Notes: generated by a model from the letters alone, not told the origin. Counted from the first letter of the stretch, positions 1 to 9,793 are shown. The stretch: DNA of 64,000 bases from Eubacteriales bacterium (GCA_045649105.1 JAZRPG010000022.1:12878-76877), one strand, 5' to 3'. Numbers and translations are program-made.

Positions 1-1
1 G

Positions 2-805
2 CTTCGCTGCCTCGGGCGCACGCATACATTTGCGGATGTTGAGCGCGCGGTCGGGTACGCAAAAAGCGCAAAAATTGCAAATATATCGCTCGATTTGATG
101 TACGGGCTGCCGTTTCAGACGCTTGATACATGGCTTAACTCACTTGACGCGGCGATTGCTCTTGAGCCGACGCACATATCGTGCTACAGTTTAAAGCTTG
201 AGGAGGGCACCCCGCTTGCTGAACGCCCCGAAACGCTTGACCTGCCGAGTGATGATGTGCAGGCGGATATGTATCTCGCGGCAGTTGCGCGCCTTCGCGA
301 CGAGGGCTTTATTCAGTATGAAATATCAAACTTTGCGCGTGAAGGCTTTGAGTGCAGGCATAATAAAAAGTACTGGAACCTCGGTGAGTATTGGGGTTTT
401 GGCCCGTCGGCACACTCGATGGTCGGCAAAAAGCGCTTTTCATATATCAGCGACACATCGCGGTATGTGCACGCGATAAGTGAGAACGATGAGGTAATTG
501 ATAAAATTGACCCGATAAATATAAAGGAGCGCACGGGCGAATATGTGATGCTTATGCTCCGCACCTCGGAGGGGATTTCTCCTGAAGTGCTTGAGAAAAA
601 GTATCTGACATATTTCGATGAAATTGAAAAGGTGCTCCTCGGCTACTACAAGAGCGGACACGCCGAGTTTGACGGGCTACGCTGGCGTCTTACACCCGAG
701 GGATTTTTGATATCAAACCGTATAATAGGTGAAGTTTTAGACGCTCTGGAATCATCAAAAAGGGTTGTAACGCCCATAAACGGATATGTCAGGAAAGGAA
801 GTTAG
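2..805 (+). CDS. hemW: radical SAM heme chaperone HemW/HemN-like (5'-truncated by window)
   Basis: Frame open from position 2 (LGRTH...ISLDLMYGLP), HISCYSLKLEEGT, QYEISNFA, CRHNKKYW, GFGPSAHS motifs. Confidence 0.9.
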   Translation, partial: LRCLGRTHTFADVERAVGYAKSAKIANISLDLMYGLPFQTLDTWLNSLDAAIALEPTHISCYSLKLEEGTPLAERPETLDLPSDDVQADMYLAAVARLRDEGFIQYEISNFAREGFECRHNKKYWNLGEYWGFGPSAHSMVGKKRFSYISDTSRYVHAISENDEVIDKIDPINIKERTGEYVMLMLRTSEGISPEVLEKKYLTYFDEIEKVLLGYYKSGHAEFDGLRWRLTPEGFLISNRIIGEVLDALESSKRVVTPINGYVRKGS

Positions 806-809
806 AAAA

Positions 810-1079
810 ATGCGTGCAGTAATTACGGTTATAGGAAAGGACACAACGGGAATAATTGCGGCGGTGTCGAATGTTCTGAATGAGAGAAAAATAAATATTC
901 TCGACATAAACCAGAGCGTTTTGTCGGATATGTTTGTGATGGTAATGCTCGTTGATATATCGGAGGTTGCTTCCGATTTCGCTTCGCTTTCGCAGAAGCT
1001 TACTGAGCTCGGAGATAAGATGGGCCTTAAGATTCTTGCGATGCATGAGGATATTTTCAACACAATGCACAGGATATAG
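810..1079 (+). CDS. ACT domain protein (UPF0237)
   Basis: MRAVITVIGKDTTGIIAAVS...NILDINQ...MHEDIFNTMHRI; usual partner of DUF711; ATG at 810 after AAAGGAAG. Confidence 0.88.
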   Translation: MRAVITVIGKDTTGIIAAVSNVLNERKINILDINQSVLSDMFVMVMLVDISEVASDFASLSQKLTELGDKMGLKILAMHEDIFNTMHRI

Positions 1080-1099
1080 GATAGGGAGACGGCAAAGCG

Positions 1100-2458
1100 A
1101 TGATAAATTCTTTTGACATTCTTGAAACGATAAAGATGATAGAGGAGGAGCACCTGGATATACGCACCGTCACAATGGGGATTTCCCTTCGAGACTGTTG
1201 CGGAAGCGACGTAAAAAAAGTTGCCGAGCGCGTATATGACAAGGTGACAAAAACGGCAAAGGATCTTGTAGCCACTGCGGAGAATATCGCCTGTGAATAC
1301 GGGATACCGATTGTGAACAAGCGCGTTTCCGTAACGCCCGTTTCACTCCTTGCCGATGCGTGCGATTCGGCAGATGTCCTTCCCGTTGCGCGTGCGCTTG
1401 ACCGCGCCGCGGAGACGCTCGGCATAAACTTTATCGGCGGATACGGAGCACTTGTCCATAAGGGCATGACGCGCGGCGATAAGAATCTTATTGCAACGCT
1501 TCCCGAAGCTCTTGCGGAGACTGAACGCGTATGCTCATTTATAAATGTAGCTACTACGCGCGCGGGAATAAATATGGACGCGATAAAGACAATCGGCGAG
1601 CTTGTGTGCCGTATGGCATACCTGACCCGCGAGCGCGAGTCTGTCGCGTGTGCAAAGTTTGTCGCGTTTGCCAATGCAACCGAGGATAACCCATTTATGG
1701 CAGGCGCTTTTCACGGCGTAGGCGAGGGCGAGGCGGTTATAAATGTCGGCGTTTCGGGCCCCGGCGTTGTGCATAAGGCAATAAAGCGCGCAGGAGATGT
1801 AAACCTTACAGACCTTGCCGAGGTAATCAAGCGCACCGCATTTAAGATTACGCGCGCAGGCCAGCTCGTTGCGAAAACCGCGTCAGAGCGGCTGGGCGTG
1901 CCGTTCGGGATTGTTGACCTGTCACTCGCGCCCACACCTGCAATAGGCGATTCCGTCGCGCATATTCTTGAGGAGATGGGACTTTCCTCCGTCGGAAGCC
2001 ACGGGACGACTGCGGCGCTTGCAATGCTCAATGATGCGGTTAAGAAAGGCGGTGTTATGGCGTCGCCCCATGTCGGAGGGCTTTCAGGCGCATTCATTCC
2101 CGTAAGCGAGGACGCCGGCATGATAGCTGCGGCGAAAAACGGATTCCTCTCGTTTGATAAGCTTGAGGCGATGACGGCGGTATGCTCCGTCGGACTCGAC
2201 ATGATAGCAATTCCGGGTGACACTCCGCCGGAGGTAATCTCTGCAATAATAGCAGACGAGATTTCAATCGGCGTTGTGAATAATAAGACGACGGCTGTGC
2301 GCGTCATACCGGCATACGGAAAGGGCGTCGGCGAGTTTGTAAACTATGGCGGGCTTCTCGGCGAGGCACCCGTAATGCCGATAAGCACATGCTCTCCGAA
2401 GGTGTTCATATCGCGCGGCGGAAGAATTCCCGCGCCCATACACAGCCAGAGAAATTAG
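1100..2458 (+). CDS. PFL-like family protein (DUF711/UPF0210)
   Basis: [48 protein letters not shown] motifs. Confidence 0.92.
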   Translation: MINSFDILETIKMIEEEHLDIRTVTMGISLRDCCGSDVKKVAERVYDKVTKTAKDLVATAENIACEYGIPIVNKRVSVTPVSLLADACDSADVLPVARALDRAAETLGINFIGGYGALVHKGMTRGDKNLIATLPEALAETERVCSFINVATTRAGINMDAIKTIGELVCRMAYLTRERESVACAKFVAFANATEDNPFMAGAFHGVGEGEAVINVGVSGPGVVHKAIKRAGDVNLTDLAEVIKRTAFKITRAGQLVAKTASERLGVPFGIVDLSLAPTPAIGDSVAHILEEMGLSSVGSHGTTAALAMLNDAVKKGGVMASPHVGGLSGAFIPVSEDAGMIAAAKNGFLSFDKLEAMTAVCSVGLDMIAIPGDTPPEVISAIIADEISIGVVNNKTTAVRVIPAYGKGVGEFVNYGGLLGEAPVMPISTCSPKVFISRGGRIPAPIHSQRN

Positions 2459-2460
2459 AT

Positions 2461-2946
2461 ATGAGAAACAATGATGATGAGCGCTATATGCGCATGGCGC
2501 TTGAGCTTGCCGCCCGCGCGGCAGAGCTTGGCGAGGCACCTGTCGGCTGTGTAATAGTGCGTGACGGGGAAATAATCGGGCGCGGATATAATGTTCGTGA
2601 AATGGACGGGACCGCGCTCGGACATGCAGAGCTTATAGCAATAGAGGAGGCGTGCCGCGCAGTCGGCGGCTGGCGACTTTGCGGCTGTGAGCTTTATGTA
2701 ACGCTTGAGCCGTGCCCCATGTGCGCAGGTGCGTGTATAAATTCGCGCATAGACCGCGTAATATATGGCGCAGACGATAAAAAAGCAGGCTCAGTCGGCT
2801 CGGTTACGGATTTGTTTGAGCTTCCGTATAACCATAAACCGGAGGTTACGCGCGGCGTGCTTTCGGAGGAATGTGCCGGAGTTCTTACGAGCTTTTTCTC
2901 AAAGCTTCGTGAAGAAAATAAGGCAAAAAAATCGAAAAAAGAGTAA
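2461..2946 (+). CDS. tadA: tRNA adenosine(34) deaminase
   Basis: HAE and TLEPCPMCAGA zinc motifs; ATG 2461 directly after DUF711 stop. Confidence 0.88.
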   Translation: MRNNDDERYMRMALELAARAAELGEAPVGCVIVRDGEIIGRGYNVREMDGTALGHAELIAIEEACRAVGGWRLCGCELYVTLEPCPMCAGACINSRIDRVIYGADDKKAGSVGSVTDLFELPYNHKPEVTRGVLSEECAGVLTSFFSKLREENKAKKSKKE

Positions 2947-3099
2947 TTCTTAATATTTATTTAACAAAAAAAGCTTTTTCTGTTAACAAAATGCTTATAT
3001 ACTTATAAGCATAAAGCAGAAAAAGCTTTTTGTAATGACTTTTCAAAAACAGTTAAATTTTCTCTGTTACTCCTCCCCCCCATAATCCTATTGCAACAA

Positions 3100-3137
3100 C
3101 AGAAAAGGGACAGCTTATATAAGCTGTCCCTTTTCTG
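3100..3137. terminator. intrinsic terminator hairpin between convergent tadA and sulP
   Basis: Perfect 17-bp stem CAGAAAAGGGACAGCTT-ATAT-AAGCTGTCCCTTTTCTG. Confidence 0.8.
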
Positions 3138-3156
3138 CTTTTTATGTTAAACTAGT

Positions 3157-4812
3157 TTATTCTGCAAAAGCGGGCGCGCTTTCACACAAAGCCGCGGCGC
3201 AGTTAAGCGCGTCTTCAAAATGCGGGCAGAAATTTGCCCTTCCTGCCATGTCCGCAAAGCCGCTTTTCTGCATTATCTTAAGCGGCTGCTCCCTGACCTG
3301 TGAAAATACGAGCACTGTGCCGTTTTTCGCGCACTTTTCATACAACTCCAGAAGCGCGTTCATCGCGGTTGAATCAAGCGCTGTTACTGCGTCCATGCGC
3401 AAAATAACGCATTTTGTATTCTCATCAAAATCAATTTCGGAAATTTTTTCCGCAACACCGAAGAAAAGCGGGCCGCTGATTTCATAAACGCATGCATTCT
3501 CGGGGACTTCTGACACGTCTTCTGCAATCTTTTTAACAGAGGTCTGCTCAACCATGCGCTTTATAAAGAGAATTACCGCCAGAAGAAGGCCGATTTCGAT
3601 AGCTACGACCAAATCAAAAATCACGGTGAGAATAAGCGTTGCCGCCATGACAAGGATATCGCTTTTGGGCGCGGTTTTTATAATAGATACGACGCGCCGC
3701 CACTCGCTCATGTTATAAGCGACCATAAAGAGGATTGCGGCAATCGCGGGCATGGGGATAAGAGCTGCATACGGCATAAGGAGAAGAAGTACAAGCAGGA
3801 GAACAACGGAATGTACCATGCCTGAGACAGGCGTTCTTCCGCCGTTGTTGGCGTTTGCCGCCGTTCTTGCTATAGCTCCGGTTGCGGGGATTCCTCCGAA
3901 AAGGACAGATGCGATATTTCCCGCACCCTGCGCAACAAGCTCCATATTTGAGTTGTGCTTTGCGTTTACCATGCCGTCTGCAACGACGCACGAGAGAAGC
4001 GACTCAATCGCCGCGAGAACGGCAATCGTGAATGCGTCGGGAAGCACTGCGCAAATCTTTGCAATACTGAAATCAAAACCTGCGAAATTAACGGACGGAA
4101 GTCCGGCAGGAATGGTATAAAGCTCGCCTATTGTGAAAACTCCGGCATCAAGCCCCGGAATAAGCTTGACCATCGCAATTCCGACAAGTACGGAGATTAA
4201 AGACGGCGGTACGCGCTTTTCAAACTTCGGGTAAATGATGAGTATAGCCAGACATACAGCGCCTACGAGAAGTGCCTGCCAATGGAAAGTTGAAAGTGCG
4301 TTAAAGTTCTCAACTATCTTCTCTATCGCCTCTACCGGCTTTACGCCTGCGGCATATGTAAGGCCGAGAAAGTCCTTTATCTGGCCGATAAGTATGGTTA
4401 TTGCAATTCCTGAGGTGAATCCCGTAGTGATTGTGTAAGGGATAAATTTAATGAGCTTCCCGAGCTTGAAAACGCCCATGAGAATGAGAATTATTCCCGC
4501 CATAATTGTTGCGAGGAAAAGCCCGTCCATTCCCTGCGTCGCGACAACTCCGGCAACGATAGTTGCAAATGCCGCTGTAGGTCCCGCAATCTGGATTCGG
4601 CTGCCGCCGAGAAGAGACACAAAGAACCCCGCGGCAATCGCCGTGTAAACTCCGCATGCCGGCTCAACGCCTGATGCAAGGGCAAGCGCGATTGAAAGCG
4701 GCAGCGCAATGATTGCGACGATAATTCCCGCGACTATGTCCTTTACAAACTGCGCCCTTGTGTAATTCTTAAGGGACAGAAAAAGCTCAGGCTTCAGGTA
4801 AAAATTGCGCAT
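3157..4812 (-). CDS. SulP family inorganic anion transporter with C-terminal STAS domain
   Basis: DIVAGIIVAIIALPLSIALA, QIAGPTAAF, ESLLSCVVADG, GAIARTAAN, GPLFFG/ALDSTA STAS motifs. Confidence 0.93.
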   Translation of the reverse strand: MRNFYLKPELFLSLKNYTRAQFVKDIVAGIIVAIIALPLSIALALASGVEPACGVYTAIAAGFFVSLLGGSRIQIAGPTAAFATIVAGVVATQGMDGLFLATIMAGIILILMGVFKLGKLIKFIPYTITTGFTSGIAITILIGQIKDFLGLTYAAGVKPVEAIEKIVENFNALSTFHWQALLVGAVCLAILIIYPKFEKRVPPSLISVLVGIAMVKLIPGLDAGVFTIGELYTIPAGLPSVNFAGFDFSIAKICAVLPDAFTIAVLAAIESLLSCVVADGMVNAKHNSNMELVAQGAGNIASVLFGGIPATGAIARTAANANNGGRTPVSGMVHSVVLLLVLLLLMPYAALIPMPAIAAILFMVAYNMSEWRRVVSIIKTAPKSDILVMAATLILTVIFDLVVAIEIGLLLAVILFIKRMVEQTSVKKIAEDVSEVPENACVYEISGPLFFGVAEKISEIDFDENTKCVILRMDAVTALDSTAMNALLELYEKCAKNGTVLVFSQVREQPLKIMQKSGFADMAGRANFCPHFEDALNCAAALCESAPAFAE

Positions 4813-4918
4813 TTTTATTTCTCCTTATAATTTCTCGGCTGAATTTATGACCGAAAAGCTGATATTACAGTGCTTTTATGCACCTGTAATATGCATCAGA
4901 CAAAAAACAGCCTTGACA

Positions 4919-4948
4919 ATAATACCACCTGCCATGTGTCTTTGTCAA
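4919..4948 (-). promoter_or_regulatory. sigma-A-like promoter for sulP
   Basis: Minus strand TTGACA-18nt-TATTAT with TG upstream of -10. Confidence 0.5.
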
Positions 4949-4988
4949 CTGCAACGACGGGTCCGAATGCGAGGGTCCGCGGAGCTTT

Positions 4989-5492
4989 TTAATTTACAAT
5001 CGTGCCGTCGGGATATATTTTGCCATGAGAGCCGTATCTGCGATAATCCTTGTCCGACCAATATTCTTTCATCTCCGTAAAAATCTTTTTTGCCTCATCT
5101 GAAAAATCGTCAAATGATTTCAGATATGTTACGGCAGGATCATTCGTGCCCGATAATACATGTTGCTCTTCTGCGATAACCAAAACTTTTGCGGTATTGG
5201 TAGTTTCATCAATAACGCAATAACCCTCATCGGAGTACACATACACCTTATCTCCGTTTCGTTTGTGGTCAGTTACTAAGGAGAGAAGTATATCATGCAT
5301 GCCGTAATCGGTGTTTACAGCCAGAGCTTGATCAATATTATATTGACCGATGCTGAATTTTCCATTTGGCTTGGAGACAAAAATGGTATCTTTACCTGCC
5401 CATCCGTAAGGATACCATTCGGGATTTAATTGTACTTTGGCGCAAGAAGTTAAAAGCAAAACGGAAAAAACGAGCAAAAAAATTTTTTTCAT
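4989..5492 (-). CDS. hypothetical lipoprotein
   Basis: MKKIFLLVFSVLLLTSC lipobox signal; AAAGGT RBS before ATG 5492. Confidence 0.75.
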   Translation of the reverse strand: MKKIFLLVFSVLLLTSCAKVQLNPEWYPYGWAGKDTIFVSKPNGKFSIGQYNIDQALAVNTDYGMHDILLSLVTDHKRNGDKVYVYSDEGYCVIDETTNTAKVLVIAEEQHVLSGTNDPAVTYLKSFDDFSDEAKKIFTEMKEYWSDKDYRRYGSHGKIYPDGTIVN

Positions 5493-5738
5493 AAAAACGC
5501 TACCTTTCAATATTAAAGTCGACATAAATAAAATAAGGTGTTATTGCACCAATCTTTTCAGAAAAATGCGCTACATCATTGGCCAATGTTCCCAAATTTA
5601 TGCCATTATCGCCTTTATGTGCGGTTAGTTTTATTTCGTTTTCGTGTATGGAATAATATAAAAAATATCACTACCATAGATTGTATCACAATAAATAAAT
5701 TTTGTGTGAAAAAATAAAAAGTTTTTAAAAAATATGTT

Positions 5739-5784
5739 AAAAAAGTCCGCACACTTTCGTGTACGGACTTTTTGGCGGAGAAGG
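5739..5784 (-). repeat. duplicated tRNA-Ser 3' end (CCTTCTCCGCCA) plus terminator hairpin, att-like
   Basis: TGGCGGAGAAGG at 5773-5784 identical to tRNA 3' end at 6707-6718; adjacent hairpin AAAAAGTCCG...CGGACTTTTT. Confidence 0.7.
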
Positions 5785-5903
5785 ACTATGCCTCCAAAAA
5801 TATAAAGCAGACAAGAATCAAAAAAGAGTTATTTGTACAGTTAATGATTTTGTATAATAAAAAATGCTTGTATCTTTAAAACACAAGCATTTTATTACAC
5901 AGA

Positions 5904-6374
5904 TTAAAACTTCTTTAATGTTTGTTTTCTAAGTGAATTATATTCTTCTTCTGTAATTAACCCCTTTTCCTTTAAGTCTAATAATTCAGATAATCTTGAA
6001 TCGATAGACTGTTCAGTATTTTCAGTCAATTTCCCTAATAATTCTGTTTGTCGTGCTGTTCCAGATTTGAGTTGCTTTAGGTAAAATGCAAGCATAGTAA
6101 TTAATGATATTATACTGATTGCAATACCTACAATTGCAGTATTCCCAGATTTTGCATCATCTTCATAAATGCTTTTGTACATATCACTATCAAAAGAATA
6201 ACCAAGAATGGCATAATTTCTTCTCATATCATTAACATTATCTCTTACAGAATCTTCATTGAAAAAAGAATTGTTTTTTAAGTTGCTTGCATTAAAAACA
6301 AATAACAAAACTCCGATTAGAAGAAAACAAGCACAAATAATATAGGGTATTTTTTGTTTATCAATTTTATTCAT
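5904..6374 (-). CDS. two-TM membrane protein with C-terminal SHOCT domain
   Basis: Two hydrophobic segments; C-terminus LSELLDLKEKGLITEEEYNSLRKQTL is SHOCT-like; AT-rich. Confidence 0.8.
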   Translation of the reverse strand: MNKIDKQKIPYIICACFLLIGVLLFVFNASNLKNNSFFNEDSVRDNVNDMRRNYAILGYSFDSDMYKSIYEDDAKSGNTAIVGIAISIISLITMLAFYLKQLKSGTARQTELLGKLTENTEQSIDSRLSELLDLKEKGLITEEEYNSLRKQTLKKF

Positions 6375-6489
6375 AGCAAACAGCCTTTCAAATACTTTTG
6401 TTTATTATACCATATTTATACAAATGGTACAATGGTTTCGACAGAAAAGACAAAGAAGCAAGTGATTTTTTGAATGACTTGCTTAATGT

Positions 6490-6651
6490 TGGCGGAGAAG
6501 AAGGGGAGATGCATATTGCTTACGCAATCTGCCCTGCTCGACGACTGCTCCGCACATGCTCGCGGTACCCGTCTCACACCAACTTCGCTAAAAACGATTA
6601 TTAATCGTTTTCTTTACGCTCGTTGCCCTCTCGTGAAGTTAGAATCTCTCC
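6490..6651 (-). repeat. tRNA-associated structured non-coding element, copy 1
   Basis: Core 6511-6632 closely matches 23944-24064; flanked by tRNA 3'-end copy (6490-6510) and inverted T-arm copy (~6637-6651). Confidence 0.85.
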
Positions 6652-6664
6652 TACCGTTTTCAGA

Positions 6665-6706
6665 AAAGAGAAACAAGCCTACACTTCGTGCAGACTTGTT
6701 TCTCTT
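6665..6706 (-). terminator. terminator of tRNA-Ser(GCT)
   Basis: AAAGAGAAACAAG...CTTGTTTCTCTTT hairpin directly after CCA. Confidence 0.75.
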
Positions 6707-6799
6707 TGGCGGAGAAGGGGAGATTCGAACTCCCGCGCCGCTTTCGCGACCTACGCCCTTAGCAGGGGCGCCTCTTCGACCAAGCTTGAGTACTTCTCC
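6707..6799 (-). tRNA. tRNA-Ser(GCT)
   Basis: GGAGAAG acceptor, anticodon arm CGCCC-CTGCTAA-GGGCG, long variable arm, GTTCGAATC T-loop, encoded CCA. Confidence 0.96.
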
Positions 6800-6980
6800 A
6801 GGCCGAAAATGAATTATCGCTATTGACTTGTATGCGCCTTTTTCTTGCGCTTTGACTATTATAAAGTAAATTTACATTTCCGTCAAGGGGTGAAATAAAA
6901 AATTTATATTTTCGTAATCAAAGCGCGCGCAACAGCGGGCGAATCACGGAACAAAAGCGCGAATGCCGTAAAAAACGGTG

Positions 6981-7760
6981 TTATATGAGCTTGACCGTAT
7001 AATACACGCCTGCAAAAACGATGTAGCCGATAAGCCCGAATATGAAATACACAGAAAGGTCAGAAGCAATTACTGCCGCTGCAAGAAGTGCAATGACGAG
7101 CACGAAGGTGAGATATACAAGGCCGAATCTTGCGTCCTTCTTGAATACGGAGAATTCCTTGCCTGCGATTTTCACGGTGCCGTGGCCGACATGGCCCCAG
7201 ATAGTGAATGCGGCAAGAAGGACGATTGCAGCGGAAACGGCAGCTATGATAAGCGTGCTTTTTGATGTTGCGATGCCTGAGCTTAAGAGCCATATTCCCG
7301 TTGCGCCGACGGCAGAAGCGAGAGCGATGACAAAAAACTCTCTCTGATATGAGTAGTATATTATATAGAGAACGACAACTGCGGGAATGAACACATAGAG
7401 CAATGTAAGCGTGCTCTGGTTAAAAGCAAGTGAAAGAGCGCCTGCACATATTGCGATAAAGAGCGCGGCAGAGGCAATGTTCTTTCCTGAGAGAAGAACA
7501 TACTTAACATCGGCCTTGCGGACAGCGGAAACAATCATCATAACAATACCTGCCGCGGTGAGCACGAGTGCGCAAACGGCAATCACCTTTGTCATCGTAA
7601 ACGCGGTAAGGAATGTGTTTGTGCTTTTCATCATGCGCCCGACATTCATCAGAAGCAGAAGCACTGCAAATGCGATTGTAAAGACGAGCAGAAGCTTGTT
7701 TGTTACATAATCCTTCTGCCTGTTCGGTATATTATCCTTTGAAGCTCTCTTGTCAGCCAA
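6981..7760 (-). CDS. multi-pass membrane protein, unknown function
   Basis: 259 aa, about 8 hydrophobic segments, GGGAG RBS before TTG. Confidence 0.75.
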   Translation of the reverse strand: MADKRASKDNIPNRQKDYVTNKLLLVFTIAFAVLLLLMNVGRMMKSTNTFLTAFTMTKVIAVCALVLTAAGIVMMIVSAVRKADVKYVLLSGKNIASAALFIAICAGALSLAFNQSTLTLLYVFIPAVVVLYIIYYSYQREFFVIALASAVGATGIWLLSSGIATSKSTLIIAAVSAAIVLLAAFTIWGHVGHGTVKIAGKEFSVFKKDARFGLVYLTFVLVIALLAAAVIASDLSVYFIFGLIGYIVFAGVYYTVKLI

Positions 7761-7860
7761 GGCGTTTCACTCCCAAATTTAACATCATATGATATATTCT
7801 ACCAAAAAAACTTGAATTTGTCCAGTACTTCTTTATACAGTTTGCCCCCGAAATAATATA

Positions 7861-8829
7861 TTATTTAAGCTTAGGGGTCGCAATTATTGATGCCCAGCCG
7901 TTTTTGTCACAAATTTTTGTAATGTTAAAGCTTTTTGAAATAGCCGCTTTGACCTCCTCGCAGCGCTCTGTTATTATGCCCGATGCGATGAATATCCCGC
8001 CCGGCTTTAAAAAGCGGGGCACAGTGTCGGCAATGCCGATTATTACATCTGAAACTATGTTTGCGGCGACTATGTCGCACGGACTTTCCGCAAGCTTTTC
8101 GCACAGAGCCCCGTCGCACAGAATGTTCCCCGCAAGAGCTGTATATCTGTCAGCGCCGACTGCGTTCATTTCTGCGTTTTTGACTGCGATATCGACTGCG
8201 TTTTTGTCTATATCCACCGCTGTTGCGTGCGCCGCGCCGAGAAGCACGGCAGTTATTGATAAAATTCCGCTGCCGCAGCCGAGGTCTAAAACCGTGTCTC
8301 CCGCTTTCGTATATTCCTCAATCGCCTCAAGGCAAAGCTGCGTCGTTCCGTGCGAGCCGGTGCCGAAGCTCATGCCCGGGTTTATCGTGAACACGACGCG
8401 CCCGTCCTCATTTTCGCACTCCTCCCATTCGGGGCGGATAAGAACGCGCTTTCCTATTTTGAGCGGGTGGAAAAACTGCTTCCAGTTTTCGGACCAGTCC
8501 TCCTCGTCCATGGAAACAAGCTCTGTTTTAAGGCTTCCGAGTGACGGGTTTGCGGAAAGGGACGAAAGGCACTCCTCGATTTTCTTAAGCTCGTCACGCC
8601 CTGCGGCATTTCCGCTTATATATACCTTCACGCGGACGGAGCTTGTGCTCTTTTCCTTTACAAGGTCATCGTCAACATAGTCGCGATACGGAAATTCAGA
8701 CTTCATAAACTCGTCAAAATCCGCCGCGTCCTCTATCTCAAAACCGCGTATACCTATATCCTCAAGTGCGGAGCAGAGAAGCTCTGTCCCCTCGTGAGTT
8801 GTATCAATAGCTACCTGAATCCATTCCAT
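7861..8829 (-). CDS. prmA: ribosomal protein L11 methyltransferase
   Basis: EEDWSENWKQFFHP, INPGMSFGTGSHGTT, VLDLGCGSGILS, ANI motifs. Confidence 0.95.
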   Translation of the reverse strand: MEWIQVAIDTTHEGTELLCSALEDIGIRGFEIEDAADFDEFMKSEFPYRDYVDDDLVKEKSTSSVRVKVYISGNAAGRDELKKIEECLSSLSANPSLGSLKTELVSMDEEDWSENWKQFFHPLKIGKRVLIRPEWEECENEDGRVVFTINPGMSFGTGSHGTTQLCLEAIEEYTKAGDTVLDLGCGSGILSITAVLLGAAHATAVDIDKNAVDIAVKNAEMNAVGADRYTALAGNILCDGALCEKLAESPCDIVAANIVSDVIIGIADTVPRFLKPGGIFIASGIITERCEEVKAAISKSFNITKICDKNGWASIIATPKLK

Positions 8830-8909
8830 AATAAAAAAGTCCTCCGCTTATGTTTTTGCCGCTTATGAATGCACAACCTAATTTTACCAAAACACCTTCG
8901 TTTTTGCAA

Positions 8910-8937
8910 CATATTTACAATGGCGCAGTCATATAAT
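8910..8937 (+). promoter_or_regulatory. possible sporulation (SigE-like) promoter for the deacetylase gene
   Basis: CATATT-14nt-CATATAAT resembles the SigE consensus. Confidence 0.35.
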
Positions 8938-8962
8938 TTTACTAACTATAATTAAAAGACCG

Positions 8963-9793
8963 GTGGTGTTTTTCTTGATTATAAGCATACATAAACGCAC
9001 GCTCGCAATCTTTCTCGCCGCAGTGCTCGTATTCTGCATGCTTCCGCTTATGCCTGACGGCACGCCTGCAGAGGCGGTGAGCGGGGAAACCTCTGCAAAC
9101 TGGGGTCTGAGCTTCCGGCTTCCGGGCAAGACGCCGATTATAGATGTTGCGCCGGAGCTTCTGCGGAAGTACGATGCGTACTATGTGGGAGACGAGAGCA
9201 AAAAAGAGCTGTACCTCACCTTTGACGCAGGCTTTGAAAACGGAAACACGCCCGCGATTCTCGATGCACTGAAGAAGCACAACGCGCCTGCTGCATTCTT
9301 TCTCGTCGGCAATTTTCTCGATACACAGCCGGAGCTTGTAAAGCGCATGGTGGCAGAGGGGCATATTGTCGGAAATCACACATCAAAGCATCCCGACATG
9401 TCAAAAATATCAAGTATTGAGAAATTCAGCGCAGAGCTTTCCGCGCTTGAGGAAAAGTATAAGCAGGTTACGGGACAGGAAATGAAGAAATTCTACCGTC
9501 CGCCCGAGGGAAGATTTTCCGAGAGCAATCTGCAGATGGCCCGTGAGCTGGGGTACAAAACCGTTTTCTGGAGCCTTGCATATGTCGACTGGCAGACGGA
9601 TAAGCAGCCATCGCACGAAAAGGCGCTAAAGACGCTTAACGACAGATTGCACCCGGGAGCCGTTGTCCTTTTGCACAGCACATCCTCGACCAACGCGGAA
9701 ATCCTCGATGAGCTTCTGACGAGGTGGGAGGAGCTCGGCTATACCTTCAAGAGCATTGAGGAGCTGGGAGTGACCGATGCGCCGACACAGTAG
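8963..9793 (+). CDS. polysaccharide deacetylase, PdaA-like (spore cortex muramic delta-lactam)
   Basis: NWGLSF, YLTFDAGFENG, GNHTSKHP, YRPPEG, FWSLAYVDW, VVLLH. Confidence 0.88.
   Translation: MVFFLIISIHKRTLAIFLAAVLVFCMLPLMPDGTPAEAVSGETSANWGLSFRLPGKTPIIDVAPELLRKYDAYYVGDESKKELYLTFDAGFENGNTPAILDALKKHNAPAAFFLVGNFLDTQPELVKRMVAEGHIVGNHTSKHPDMSKISSIEKFSAELSALEEKYKQVTGQEMKKFYRPPEGRFSESNLQMARELGYKTVFWSLAYVDWQTDKQPSHEKALKTLNDRLHPGAVVLLHSTSSTNAEILDELLTRWEELGYTFKSIEELGVTDAPTQ

Noticed and set aside
6398-6826. Short + strand ORFs resembling ORFs at 23820-24238
   Set aside because: Similarity comes from the shared non-coding element and antisense tRNA, and the matching frames are not consistent between copies
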